Shown here: piece by piece, positions 1 through 10,214 of the stretch
How positions within the stretch are numbered: the stretch's first letter is position 1
Layout: the number at the start of each line of letters is the position of its first letter
Source: Stramenopiles sp. TOSAG23-3
Lineage: Eukaryota
Reading direction: 5' to 3'
Length of the DNA stretch: 32,962 bases
Assembly (NCBI GenBank): GCA_900128585.1
Contig: LT642210.1
Location: 1-32,962, forward strand
Notes under the pieces: model-generated
What the model saw: the letters and a program-made list of their open reading frames with translations, nothing else
Told to the model about the DNA's origin: nothing
The model's database searches: none
Made by a program: the position numbers and the translations under genes

Positions 1-110
1 GTAACTGTGAACAATGTGGATGGAAGTTGATGACTATTTTTGCGAAAAAAGAGGAATTTGAGCGCATCCGTCTGGACAATGACATTACCACTGCGTGGAC
101 CGAGCGTGTA

Positions 111-194
111 TTAAGATATTCTTAAAACAAGAAAATTGGCTGTTATTTAAGATATTCTTAAAATGTATAATGTAAAAACAAAAAATTGGCTGTT
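111..194 (+). repeat. Dispersed repeat cluster 1 (copies at 122-151 and 174-194)
   Basis: TTAAAACAAGAAAATTGGCTGTTATTTAAG, overlapped at both ends by a duplicated TTAAGATATTCTTAAAA (111-127 and 147-163). Confidence 0.85.
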
Positions 195-488
195 GTGTTG
201 TGTCTACTTTGGGATGCCATTTGAATAGATATAGAATAATGATATATAGTACTATTCCTCCTGCCTGTACTTCTTGACTTGGTATGCACCTTTTAAGATA
301 CGCATTGCACCGCAAGACTTCTTCTTTTTTTAAAATTACTGTTTTATTAGAGCAGCAAATAATTATTTTGTTTCTGAGATTTGAGATTGATGATTACGCC
401 TCGTACTACTCGTAGACGACTGTACTAGTGACTGGCAATAACAAAATATATAAGTATATAATTCCATATTCTAATAATAATAAATTAA

Positions 489-1199
489 TTAGTTGGCCTT
501 GACAGTCTTCGCTCCACTCCGTTTTTTCAAATAGGACTTGGCATAGAAATTTGCGAAGAGGCAGACAAGCAATCCTACGTAACCGTACGTGTACCAAAAT
601 GTCACAAGGCGTGGGCCCCGGTGGCATTGCTTAATGCCCCTGTACTGCCAATACATGCCGAAGCCTACAAAGAATTGGATGAGCTGCCCCATCGTAAGAA
701 AGCGTTTTCCCGGTAGCTTAACTCCCATAAGCGTGGCCGTGTAGTACGCGTACATGAAAGTGTGCACGAAGCCATTCAGCATAACAAAGAGCCAAACGCC
801 TTCGTCCTCGGCGCCATATAACATTCCCATATTTAGTGCTGCCCCTAAGTGGTGTAGATAGTGCAACCAGGAAACATTTTTGCCTTTTACTATCAAGAAA
901 AGTGTATCGGCAAACTCGACGAACTTGCTCATGAAGAACGCCCACACAATTCGCCGAAATGAAGGGTCACGAAATGCAACTGAGCAGTCCTGACTGAATA
1001 AAGGCACTCTTTGCACAGCCATTATCATTCCTACACAGCACCACAGAGAAAAGAAAACCATCCCCAAGTTGTAAATGAGCATGAGTGGCTTCCAAAATGA
1101 AGCGGTGCTTGCTGAGTTCCCGTACGCCCGTTTCAGCACGGGAACGGCCACCGCGTAGACCGGAAGAGCCAAAAAGCTTGGTTGCCAAAGAACGTCCAT
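489..1199 (-). CDS. GNS1/SUR4 (ELO) fatty-acid elongase, resembling C18-Delta9 PUFA elongases; 236 aa from ATG 1199
   Basis: ELO motifs YN..., FFMSKFVEFADT, His-box LHYLHH, NGFVHTFMYAYY, TMGQLIQF and LFANFY; multiple hydrophobic helices. The ORF track starts at TTG 1259; the first ATG is at 1199. Confidence 0.92.
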   Translation of the reverse strand: MDVLWQPSFLALPVYAVAVPVLKRAYGNSASTASFWKPLMLIYNLGMVFFSLWCCVGMIMAVQRVPLFSQDCSVAFRDPSFRRIVWAFFMSKFVEFADTLFLIVKGKNVSWLHYLHHLGAALNMGMLYGAEDEGVWLFVMLNGFVHTFMYAYYTATLMGVKLPGKRFLTMGQLIQFFVGFGMYWQYRGIKQCHRGPRLVTFWYTYGYVGLLVCLFANFYAKSYLKKRSGAKTVKAN

Positions 1200-2161
1200 T
1201 GAAATAAACCGTTGGTAAAAGTATAGCTGTTTGAGATGCTTATTTGAATAAAAGTGCAAGATGTTTTAATTTTCTTTGTTAGTAAACATTTTCAATCGTA
1301 GTTCTTATTCGTCAATGCAGTGCAGTATTCGGCAACTTGAGCAGGTATCACCAATTAGTTTCAACAGAAGATATGTGAAAAAAAATTGTTGTAGTAGTAG
1401 TAGCGATAAGTAATAAATGTTGGTGGGCGATGATATTCCTATGTAATTTTAATTGAATCATCATCATTTTTCTTCGTCATTCACAACACTTCTTTTTATT
1501 ATACACTACAGGTATATACCAGGGTACGGTATAAATATTATACCTGGGTCCTCGGTATAATACCAAGGTGAAAATACAAAAAAATAATAATTGGACGACC
1601 TCGTATTCTTCGATTAGTCGTCTTTAAAAATATATGTATAAATACATCAACACAGCAAAGGGATTAAATTTTTTGGTAAAAAAGTCCTCCAAGCTTTCCA
1701 AGTACGAGAGTCTCCTAAAGGTTGTTTCTATGCTATGACCTGTTATAAATGTTATATTAACCACAAGACTTTGATGGAATGACGCATTTTGCATTTCGCA
1801 AGTGCGTCATTTTATTGTCATTATTGCCTTTGTTTGTTGTAAAAAAATAGAGGGCATCTTCGTTTTCATTTACCCTACTATTACCTCTAATCGTACTACA
1901 CATCAACAAATTTTTGCGCTGAAAAAATAATTATCTAATAATAATAAAATTATTTTTCTATTATAAACTGTGCTACTAGTCTATGATGATGATATTTGAT
2001 AGACTATGTAAATGAACAAAATACATTGAATAGCTATGAGAGAGATAGCAGCAAACCTAAAAATAATAGTTTTAAAACTTTACGCCTTAACTCGTCTTTA
2101 AAAATGATGGTCAGGTCGCGGAACCTGCTCTCGATACTAGTGAACATCTTTCCACACAAGA

Positions 2162-5100
2162 TCAAAACCTGCGATCAGAACTAATCCTCTTGCTCCCAAA
2201 AATATTTTTCCAAATTGTCGGTTTAATCCACGTGTAATCACTTCTTTCTAGATACCCTTTAACAGTTTTATTCAAGGCAGAGAACGTGTTACTCTCCAAC
2301 GCGGATAGACTCATTTGGAACCTAGGTTTGTTGTGCGCTTGGCGTTTCAAATTGAATGCCTCAAGTTTCCGTTGAAACGATCCTTCATCGAAGAGAAGTT
2401 CGTAATACTTCAATTGGGTGTAGAGCTCGCTTGCGGGGTACTTTTCATGAACCGTCGAACGGCAGCCGGGAGCAATGCATGCGCTGCCGAGGCACGATTG
2501 CTGGCGCGTTTCGTTCTGGCAAGTACCGTCGTTGCAACGCATCCAGCCGCTGTAGTATTCCTTGCAGTGCTTCCTCATCTGAACAATCAAAATATTTTGA
2601 ATCTTCCCGCAGTTGAATTCATAGTGACACCCCGGGGTTGGGCAAACTAGCCCAGACGTCACACTGTCATCGCTATTTACATCTGGAAAACGATACACTC
2701 CAGGGAAGCTAGTTTTTTCCTGGCACTCGGGGCAGAAAACCACGAGTGGCATGGAATCTTTGTACCGCTCTTCGTCGGACATTTGAGAACTTGGAGTAAA
2801 CCCAATCATATCTTCGTCCATAAGGTCGCCAGTGTACGATAAGCCATACTTCCTGGAATCGAGGCCCAAATTCTCAGCGATCATCGCTTGAGACGTGCCT
2901 TCAATGGGGTCGATCAATCGCGCTGTCGGGGGAAGCACTTGCTGCGCAAGGTACCATTCAACATCAATTTTCAACTTCGGTTCTGCGCCAGTTTTCTCTG
3001 CCTCTTTCAACGCAGCAACCACGTCATCGGGATGCCTCGCGCGGTCCGCGAACGAGGTGGATTCCCCTGCAGTGATTACGTACGGGATGTGATCTCCTAC
3101 GTTCACGGGCTTACCCCGCTTCACCATCTCGGTGGCAACAACAAGGTGCGGCATCCCTTTGCGATCGGCGTAATCTTTCGGGGCCTTGTTGAGCCCTTTT
3201 GTGATGACGTATTTGTCCAAGGCGACGTTGCCATCGCGAACGTCTTTGGCTATCCGCTGCAGTTCTTGGTGGATAGCCGAAACGACACTTTCTCGGTCGT
3301 TTCCGGAGAGCACATGGTCCAGCACAAAGTGGCCCACATCCTTGGACAAGCCGCACCAATCTCTTCGGACCATGTCAAGACCTTTAGTCTCTTTTTCGAT
3401 TTCGATAGTGCCATCTTTCTTTTCTGTCGCAATCAGTGCGGCGTACTTCTTCTTCTTCAGCAGCAGCATGCTTTTAAAAACTCCGTCAATTTCAATTTCC
3501 AGAAGCTTGTAATGCTTGTTTACTTCTTTCTTCACTTTTCTACCGAGCTCTTTAACTTTCGCAAGATCGTCACACCCGGTGTAAATCATGATCGAATCAG
3601 TGTCACCGTAGATAACGTCCAGACCAAGCCCCGTGGCCAAGTCTACCGTGCGTTGGAGGATCTCACGGCCTTGCGACGTGACGAGCGCCGCAATCGGTGC
3701 CGCGTAAAAGCGTGACTGGCTAAACCCTAGACATCCATACATAGAATTTGCAGTTAGCTTCAATGCTTTTTGGCGAACGTCCAAGGTTTTCTTCATCTCC
3801 GGGTCGGTTTCTTTTTTCAGCATTTTCTTCACAACAGAACGGCGTTGGATCAACGTGCGAATAGTAGTCGGGAGAACGCCCCACTCAGAATGTTCAGCTC
3901 TATCTGGCAGTTCAGGAATCGTGATTTCACCCCCCTCTTCCTCATCGCCCACTCTTCTCAGGTCACGAATAACGGTTGTGAAGCAAATATTGTACTCTTG
4001 AATGATGGACGGGTACAACGAATTAAAGTCAAGCAACAGAACGAATTTGTCGTAAAGACCCTTTTTTGGCTCCAAAACGAGACCACCAGCGTACTTGGGC
4101 TTGCCTCGCTTTTTCCCGCCGCTCTTCGGCTTTTTGCCCCTCTCTTTGTCTGGAACGACGTACTTCAAGCTGTGAAATTGGTGCAACAGCAGGTATTCGA
4201 TTCGTTCCGCCCTTCCTCCGGCAAGCGTCCTTGCCCAAAGGTTACCACCAAGGTTGGTTAGCTGTTTGGTCAATGGCAACATCTCCATTTTGAACATAAC
4301 CCGCATGGCATTGAACGCAACGTTTTCTGTGTGACGTTGCAAGTACTTCAAATCGTTCGAGGTTTGGTAGTAAAGCGGAACTTCAAGGGGATCGATGGTT
4401 TCCATCTCGTCCTTCAAGTACTTCTTAACCAGCGTCGCCAGTCGATAATTTGACTCGCGCACCAGCTCTTTTGCCGTAGTGTAGGTGTCCAAAATCAATC
4501 GCCCCGGAGAAAGACGCTGAAAATTCTTGGCACCGGCAGCAGCCCCCTTCTGGTATGCACGGGGGAAGCGCGAAAGCTTTAGGCGCCCGAGTTTCGACCA
4601 GCTCTTCACGTTCAGCTGTGCCATGCGGTGCATGATGACATCCAAGTCAAATCCCAAAATGTTATGGCCGAGCAGAACGTCGGGGTCGTACTTCTTAATC
4701 AGCGTCATGAGCAGATTCAGCATGGCCACTTCGTGGTTTAGAACCGTCAAATTCAAATGCCTTTGCTTCTGGACGGACGCCTTGAACCCGGGGGGGAACG
4801 TACCGGCACCAGCTCCGCCAGCGTTGATCCCGCGGATGATCGAGAAGTTGTGAATTTTTGAACGGTCTTCCATCGCTTTCGGGGTCGGTTTGTCACACAG
4901 CACATCTTTGTGAATGATCGCACTGATCACGGCGACTTCGTTCTTGTTAGTTTTGGCATTCAAATAGGTCTTTATGCTTAGACTCATCAATGTCAATGGT
5001 GGGGGATCCAACTTTTCCTTCGTCACCGAAATCATCTTCGGATCTTCGACGACCGCTTCCATCATCGCATAACTGCAGTTGTTGCCTGCGTCCGGGTCGC

Positions 5101-6754
5101 GAATATCAATCCAGCACGGGCCCATTAACTTTCGCTTCAAGATGAAATTTTCGATGGACCTTGTTTTGGCGCCAAAGATTTTGCTAAAATGAGTTCCCCG
5201 CGTCATCGGGTCGAGGGCCGGAAACTTTGCGCTGTACTTGCACTTCATGTACTGCGCACCCTCCTTTCCGCGAGGAATATCGTCCAACTCAAACGCATAC
5301 TTTCTGGTGACGGTCTTGCACATGCAGTTTACGCCTTGGAGACCACGGGGTATGACCTTCTCCTTCAGCAACACGTTGATCTCTTTGTACAAGGCAGCCA
5401 TGTCGGGCTCTTCTGCCCCGTCAACAGCTTTTGGCAAGAAGAAGAGCTGGCGCTGCAGCCCATTGACCTGCACGCACGCGCTGACGTACTTTTTCTCTTC
5501 CTCCGAATACACCTTTCCGAACAAAAAGACTTTGCCCGGCGCATTGAAGTCATCGGCATAGGCGTCAATGTAGTACATTCTCGAGAATTTGAACTTGTCT
5601 CCGTCCTCGTCCTTGCCTTCGAGTAGGGGCAACCGTTTGGAAGAAAGGGAGGAGCTGCTGCCCGCAAAGGATTTGGAATGGGCGTCGGATTTGGCCGCCA
5701 TGTCGAACCATCCGCCTTTCGCCTGCCCATGCTCCATGGGCGTCATCATTCTCTCGGCCTGGGCCTCCTCAGCAGCGTTCGTTTCTGCCGCCATCCTTGC
5801 CGCATTGCGTTTTCTGATGTTTTCGGCGAGGCGCCTCTTGCGGTCTTGCAGGGCCTTCAAATCGGCGCTGACTTCCGCGGGCTTCTCCTTCTTGGGCTCC
5901 ACCGTCTTGCTGCCCTGCTGTGCCTGGGCGGAGTTCGCGTCCGTCGGTGGCTCCGTCGCCCGGTGGTCTTCCGAGTTGCCTCGGCCAGCTTCCACCATGG
6001 TCGCCGCATGGGCATCCGCTTCCTCGTCGATGTCGACCAGGACGGAGTCTTCGCCCACCTGCGGCCGCGTCGCGGGCTTGGAGGGGCTGGGCTGCCCGCC
6101 GAGCACGCGGGCGCTCGGCTTGGGGAGGCCGACGTTGAACATGCCACCCCCAACCGTCCTCGCAACGGCCGACGGGGCGAACGAGACCCTGCCATTCGAC
6201 GCCTGCGGTGGTACCGGATCACTGCTGGACTTGATGGTCGTCTCTAGGGAATTCAGCTCAGCGTCTAGGTCGAATCCGTCGACGTCGTTCGACGGGATGA
6301 TTTTTCGGCGCTTCGCCACGGCGTTCGCCGGCTTCGGGCCACCGACGGACCGAAACATGGCCCCCAAGGATTTCGTCCCTGCGGCGGCGGCGGCCAGCGT
6401 GTCCCGTTTCTTTATCAAGGCACGCTGTCTCTTCCTGGCATTTGGGTCCCTTGACGTGTTTTTCGCTTGGAAGTTGAGCATGTCCTGCCCCTCTGCCCGC
6501 TCAAACAGGTGCTCTTCCCCGTCGTCGTAATACCCCGTGCCGTCGTCGTCTACGACAAACTCCTCTCGCTTTCTGCGCTCTCGAACGATCTCACGGTACT
6601 GCTCTTCCGAGACCGTATCGTAGATGTCCGCATCTTCTTCGTCAAGCTTGACCAAATCATCAATGCCCCCCGACCGCGCCTGCTTCAACTGTGCGATGGC
6701 ACTGCTCTTTTTCTGCTTGTTTTTCGAGGCACCACGACGTGAACGTGTTGTCAT
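2162..6754 (-). CDS. POLA1: DNA polymerase alpha catalytic subunit (family B), 1530 aa, intronless
   Basis: N-terminal pol-alpha motif IYDTVSEEQY...FVVDDDGTGYYDDGEE; polymerase motifs DFNSLYPSII, KLTANSMYG and YGDTDS; C-terminal zinc fingers CPEC..CPTPGC and CNDGTC..CIAPGC. Confidence 0.98.
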   Translation of the reverse strand: MTTRSRRGASKNKQKKSSAIAQLKQARSGGIDDLVKLDEEDADIYDTVSEEQYREIVRERRKREEFVVDDDGTGYYDDGEEHLFERAEGQDMLNFQAKNTSRDPNARKRQRALIKKRDTLAAAAAGTKSLGAMFRSVGGPKPANAVAKRRKIIPSNDVDGFDLDAELNSLETTIKSSSDPVPPQASNGRVSFAPSAVARTVGGGMFNVGLPKPSARVLGGQPSPSKPATRPQVGEDSVLVDIDEEADAHAATMVEAGRGNSEDHRATEPPTDANSAQAQQGSKTVEPKKEKPAEVSADLKALQDRKRRLAENIRKRNAARMAAETNAAEEAQAERMMTPMEHGQAKGGWFDMAAKSDAHSKSFAGSSSSLSSKRLPLLEGKDEDGDKFKFSRMYYIDAYADDFNAPGKVFLFGKVYSEEEKKYVSACVQVNGLQRQLFFLPKAVDGAEEPDMAALYKEINVLLKEKVIPRGLQGVNCMCKTVTRKYAFELDDIPRGKEGAQYMKCKYSAKFPALDPMTRGTHFSKIFGAKTRSIENFILKRKLMGPCWIDIRDPDAGNNCSYAMMEAVVEDPKMISVTKEKLDPPPLTLMSLSIKTYLNAKTNKNEVAVISAIIHKDVLCDKPTPKAMEDRSKIHNFSIIRGINAGGAGAGTFPPGFKASVQKQRHLNLTVLNHEVAMLNLLMTLIKKYDPDVLLGHNILGFDLDVIMHRMAQLNVKSWSKLGRLKLSRFPRAYQKGAAAGAKNFQRLSPGRLILDTYTTAKELVRESNYRLATLVKKYLKDEMETIDPLEVPLYYQTSNDLKYLQRHTENVAFNAMRVMFKMEMLPLTKQLTNLGGNLWARTLAGGRAERIEYLLLHQFHSLKYVVPDKERGKKPKSGGKKRGKPKYAGGLVLEPKKGLYDKFVLLLDFNSLYPSIIQEYNICFTTVIRDLRRVGDEEEGGEITIPELPDRAEHSEWGVLPTTIRTLIQRRSVVKKMLKKETDPEMKKTLDVRQKALKLTANSMYGCLGFSQSRFYAAPIAALVTSQGREILQRTVDLATGLGLDVIYGDTDSIMIYTGCDDLAKVKELGRKVKKEVNKHYKLLEIEIDGVFKSMLLLKKKKYAALIATEKKDGTIEIEKETKGLDMVRRDWCGLSKDVGHFVLDHVLSGNDRESVVSAIHQELQRIAKDVRDGNVALDKYVITKGLNKAPKDYADRKGMPHLVVATEMVKRGKPVNVGDHIPYVITAGESTSFADRARHPDDVVAALKEAEKTGAEPKLKIDVEWYLAQQVLPPTARLIDPIEGTSQAMIAENLGLDSRKYGLSYTGDLMDEDMIGFTPSSQMSDEERYKDSMPLVVFCPECQEKTSFPGVYRFPDVNSDDSVTSGLVCPTPGCHYEFNCGKIQNILIVQMRKHCKEYYSGWMRCNDGTCQNETRQQSCLGSACIAPGCRSTVHEKYPASELYTQLKYYELLFDEGSFQRKLEAFNLKRQAHNKPRFQMSLSALESNTFSALNKTVKGYLERSDYTWIKPTIWKNIFGSKRISSDRRF

Positions 6755-7675
6755 TCTGTTTTGAATTCAAAGCTTACCTGGTCTCGCGTAATAATAATAT
6801 TATTGTAGGAAAAGAAAGAAAGAATACTTCTCGTCCCTTTAAAAAAACCAATAAATGAATGGTATTTTGTGTTTCTTTATTAAGTTACCCACACTCGCTT
6901 TCTTTTCCTTTCTTGAGTCTCGCATGATCTTTCTGAAAACAATTAATTCCAAAGAAATAGATATTTCATTTCAGAATCCTTTCTTTCTTTCTTTCTTTTT
7001 TCTTTTATTTTTTTTTATTTTTATAATGCCTTCTTTCTTCTTGAATGGTATTCTTCGGTACTTCTACAAACTAACTAGGTAGAATTAAAATAAAAGATAT
7101 CCTATTATTATTATAATTAATAAATAATTAACATTGAATACAATAGAAATAAAAAGTGAGCGGGAATTTACAATTTATGAGCTGATTGATGATTAACTAC
7201 TAATTAGATAATAATAGTACAATAGTACAGCAATGAAATGCAATAAAAGAAGAGGAAGGAAAAAAGCAAAGATTTGAATAATCGAAATTATTTTTAACAA
7301 AGTATAAATATTTTGTATTCTAAATTATATTTTATTCTATTTACTTTACTTTATTTCTTTTATGGCGCCTTCATCACCCTTTATTTTGCCGCGTAGAATT
7401 TTTTAGCCTGATTTACTATGCTATTTTGGTGTACTTTTTGTTGTTGTTTCTTTCTTGTTGTTATTCCTTCCTTCATTTTAAAGAATGGCCCTTGTCATAC
7501 AGTAGTACTACAAAAAAAAATATTTTATATCAATCAGTACAAGAAGAAAAAAGAAATCTCAAGAAGAAAGAAATCAGATCATCATTAGTCAGTCGTCTAG
7601 TCAGTCCAGACAATGCTATTATATTTTAGTGCTAAGCTGTTGATCCCTCTCTCCTATTACCTTCGGTATTGGAGG

Positions 7676-7679
7676 GTTT

Positions 7680-7743
<64 letters not shown>

Positions 7744-7886
7744 TGTTTCTTTCTTTTCTTTCTTGATCTCTCTTGTTCTTCTTCTTTCTTCTTCTTCTTT
7801 CTTCTTCTTTCTTCTTCTTCTTCTTTCTTCTTCTTCTTTTCTCTTCTTCTTTCTTCTTCTTCTTTCTTTTTTTTTTTTTTTTTTTT
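7676..7886 (+). repeat. Polypyrimidine microsatellite: (CTTT)16, then CTT/CTTT mosaic and poly-T
   Basis: Read directly from the sequence. Confidence 0.95.
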
Positions 7887-8681
7887 GTTCGTTACCTCAT
7901 TGGCTTTTAAATGTTCTTTTTTACACTGTGTGTCGCAGTGTTATTTTTGTCTGATTTTTTCTTGTTGGCTTCCTGGTGAGGTAAGGTTCTTCCTTTTCAT
8001 TTTTTCATTGTACTTACTACAGTACTGTAACACTATTTTCATGAAACCGTTCTTTCTTGCTGTTTTTATGTTGAAATGAGAGACATTTTAATACAAACAA
8101 TTCATCTATTATTATTACCTATTTTCATAGTACAAGCAATACCCTACAAGCACAATTATTTAATCTAAGAAATAAATTCATATACTATTTACATGTATTC
8201 TTTTATCTATTTTATGCTATCATTGTCATTTCTTTTCTAACTAGATTCATTTCAGCTGATCGTATTCATGGAAAGATGATAAATAGGAAATAATATTGTA
8301 TACTTTAAGTAGTAATTACAACAGACTATTCTACCTCATTATTATTATACATCGTTACACAACACAACACAGCCTAGGATATAAAATTCAACGAAAGATG
8401 CATTCCTATCGAAGCTATTAAATAGGGTTAAATATATATTAGTATACGTATATATTATACTTTTAAAAATATTAATTAAATAATTATTCGTTTTTTCTTC
8501 TTCTTTGTCATTTTCTTCATTAGCTTTTGGTTCTATTGTATTTACCTGTTTATTTTCAACATATATATTTTAACTTCAATGAAGAAATGCGAAACTATCA
8601 AAAATTTAAAAATACACCCCTGTATAGTACTAAGGAGCTGTCCTTATATTTATAATATGAAGAAAGGGAAGGAAAATGTAT

Positions 8682-8734
8682 GAAGAAAGAAGAAAGAAAA
8701 AAGAAAGAAAGAAAGAAGAAAGAAAGAAAGAAAG
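8682..8734 (+). repeat. (GAAA)n polypurine microsatellite
   Basis: Read directly from the sequence. Confidence 0.9.
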
Positions 8735-8939
8735 ACTTTCTTCTATTTTATAACTAACTTCATTTTAGTTATAACTTAACTTCAAATGATAAAACAAAGA
8801 AAAGATCATTAACTGTAGAACCATTCAGATAAATCATTTAGAACAGAAAAAACGTTTCCACTTGGATAAAAAGAAGGAATCGATCGTTAACTTACTGCGA
8901 ACGAGGGTGTAAATATATAATAACCAAACGAACTTTATA

Positions 8940-10214
8940 ATGGCGAAACAGCAAGGTTCTGTGTTCGAGCGCTTGTACGACACCCGGTCGTACACTGGTG
9001 TGTACGCAGAGAGATTCAAAGGGGCAGACGGTCGCATAAATTCACATACAGACCTGTCTGCAAGGTCCCCGGGGAGTGGCTTCACTGGAAACACTAACAC
9101 GGGCACGAACGAAGTCATCCATGACATTTCGCAAATCATGAGGCCAAACCTGCGCATGACCAGCAGCCACGGGCCCTCCGGCGTTGCCATGTCCTCCAGG
9201 GAGGAGACGCGAAGGATTAACTCGCCGGCGCGCAACGGGCAGTCCGCGCAGCAGCGACGCTTTTCTGTTTCGGCCGGTATGTGGTATGATGTCGATTCGG
9301 AGAGGCCGGTGAACGCCACGTACGTCGAGCCGTCCCCGAAAGGCCTCGACACGGCGGAGCAGCTGCGGCACATATTTCGCTACTACTGCGCATACGGCCG
9401 CACGGGCGCAAAGGGGGCCAGCGAGGACACCATCGACTCGCTGAACTTCATGAAGTTCGCGCGCGATTGCCCGAATTTATTGACCAAGAAAACGAACAGC
9501 TTGAACAGAACTGAGGTCGACCTCATCTTCACCAAAGCCAAGCAAAAATTTGAACGAAGATTAGACTTTACCCACTTTCTGGACGCCCTGTCGGCCATGG
9601 CTGCAAAGAGGTACCCCGAGTACGACCCAACGACTGCGTTTAGCGTTCTGCTGGCCCACCACGTATTTAAATTGGAGTGCGCGCCGCAGCAGTTGCGCAA
9701 CAACATGAGCGAACACGCGAAGCTGCAACAGGGGGGACAGTCCCCGCAGAAAAACCAGCGCACGGCTGCACCCGCGGCGGAAAGCTTGTACGATAAACAT
9801 GAACAACAATACGCTAGATCAATGAACAACCAAGCAGCACACCAAAACATGATGGGGATGTCCCCGACTGAGCGAAGGATGGCCAGCGAAGCAAAAAGGC
9901 CACGAACAAGCCCGAATTACGGCACCCCCCGTAGAGATGCGGAAAAGTTTGGGCCCAACAATGCCACAATAGCAGGGTCTGCGAACAAGCCCGGGTCGGT
10001 GTATGCGCGGTTGTGCGAAAAAGGAACGTTTACAGGTGTTTACCGTCGCCGGTTTGAAGGCGACGGGCGCATCAACGCCCATACCGACCTTACCGCATCC
10101 GCTACACAATTTAAAGGAAACACCAACACGAGGACGAACGAAAAGTTTCACTCTATCAAAGGAATGCTGAGAACAAACTTGTCATCTGGTGGAAGTAGAA
10201 TGATGCGATTTTGA
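8940..10214 (+). CDS. TPPP/p25-alpha domain protein (putative microtubule-binding), 424 aa, with partial p25alpha repeats at both termini
   Basis: Central LRHIFRYYC...NFMKFARDC...TEVDLIFTKAK...LDFTHFLDALSAMAAKRY matches the p25alpha core. The terminal segments SVFERLYDTRSYTGVYAERF and SVYARLCEKGTFTGVYRRRF match the TPPP RLTD..KFTG.HKERF motif. Confidence 0.85.
   Translation: MAKQQGSVFERLYDTRSYTGVYAERFKGADGRINSHTDLSARSPGSGFTGNTNTGTNEVIHDISQIMRPNLRMTSSHGPSGVAMSSREETRRINSPARNGQSAQQRRFSVSAGMWYDVDSERPVNATYVEPSPKGLDTAEQLRHIFRYYCAYGRTGAKGASEDTIDSLNFMKFARDCPNLLTKKTNSLNRTEVDLIFTKAKQKFERRLDFTHFLDALSAMAAKRYPEYDPTTAFSVLLAHHVFKLECAPQQLRNNMSEHAKLQQGGQSPQKNQRTAAPAAESLYDKHEQQYARSMNNQAAHQNMMGMSPTERRMASEAKRPRTSPNYGTPRRDAEKFGPNNATIAGSANKPGSVYARLCEKGTFTGVYRRRFEGDGRINAHTDLTASATQFKGNTNTRTNEKFHSIKGMLRTNLSSGGSRMMRF

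Noticed and set aside
122-194. Repeat clusters as a CRISPR array
   Set aside because: Copies are dispersed, in mixed orientation and irregularly spaced, with no cas genes and a eukaryotic context.
85-315. Small ORFs sharing the peptide NNSQFSCF (also 17897-18178 and 22410-22721)
   Set aside because: The shared peptide is only the translation of the non-coding dispersed repeat, not a protein family.
2888-6530. Antisense and overlapping ORFs of 100-313 aa inside POLA1
   Set aside because: Shadow ORFs in GC-rich coding DNA with no recognisable domains.
2162-6754. Family B polymerase plus ankyrin genes as a giant virus or Polinton insertion
   Set aside because: The polymerase has the Pol alpha-specific N-terminal motif and C-terminal zinc fingers. 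No capsid, packaging ATPase or integrase is present, and neighbouring genes have spliceosomal introns.
6756-6777. Possible 22-nt intron (GTAAGC...ACAG) just upstream of the POLA1 ATG
   Set aside because: Far shorter than the two supported introns, with no branch point; it cannot be supported without RNA-seq.
6855-8079. Phe/Ser/Leu-rich ORFs that look like membrane proteins
   Set aside because: They are translations of CTTT/CTT microsatellites and AT-rich spacer DNA.
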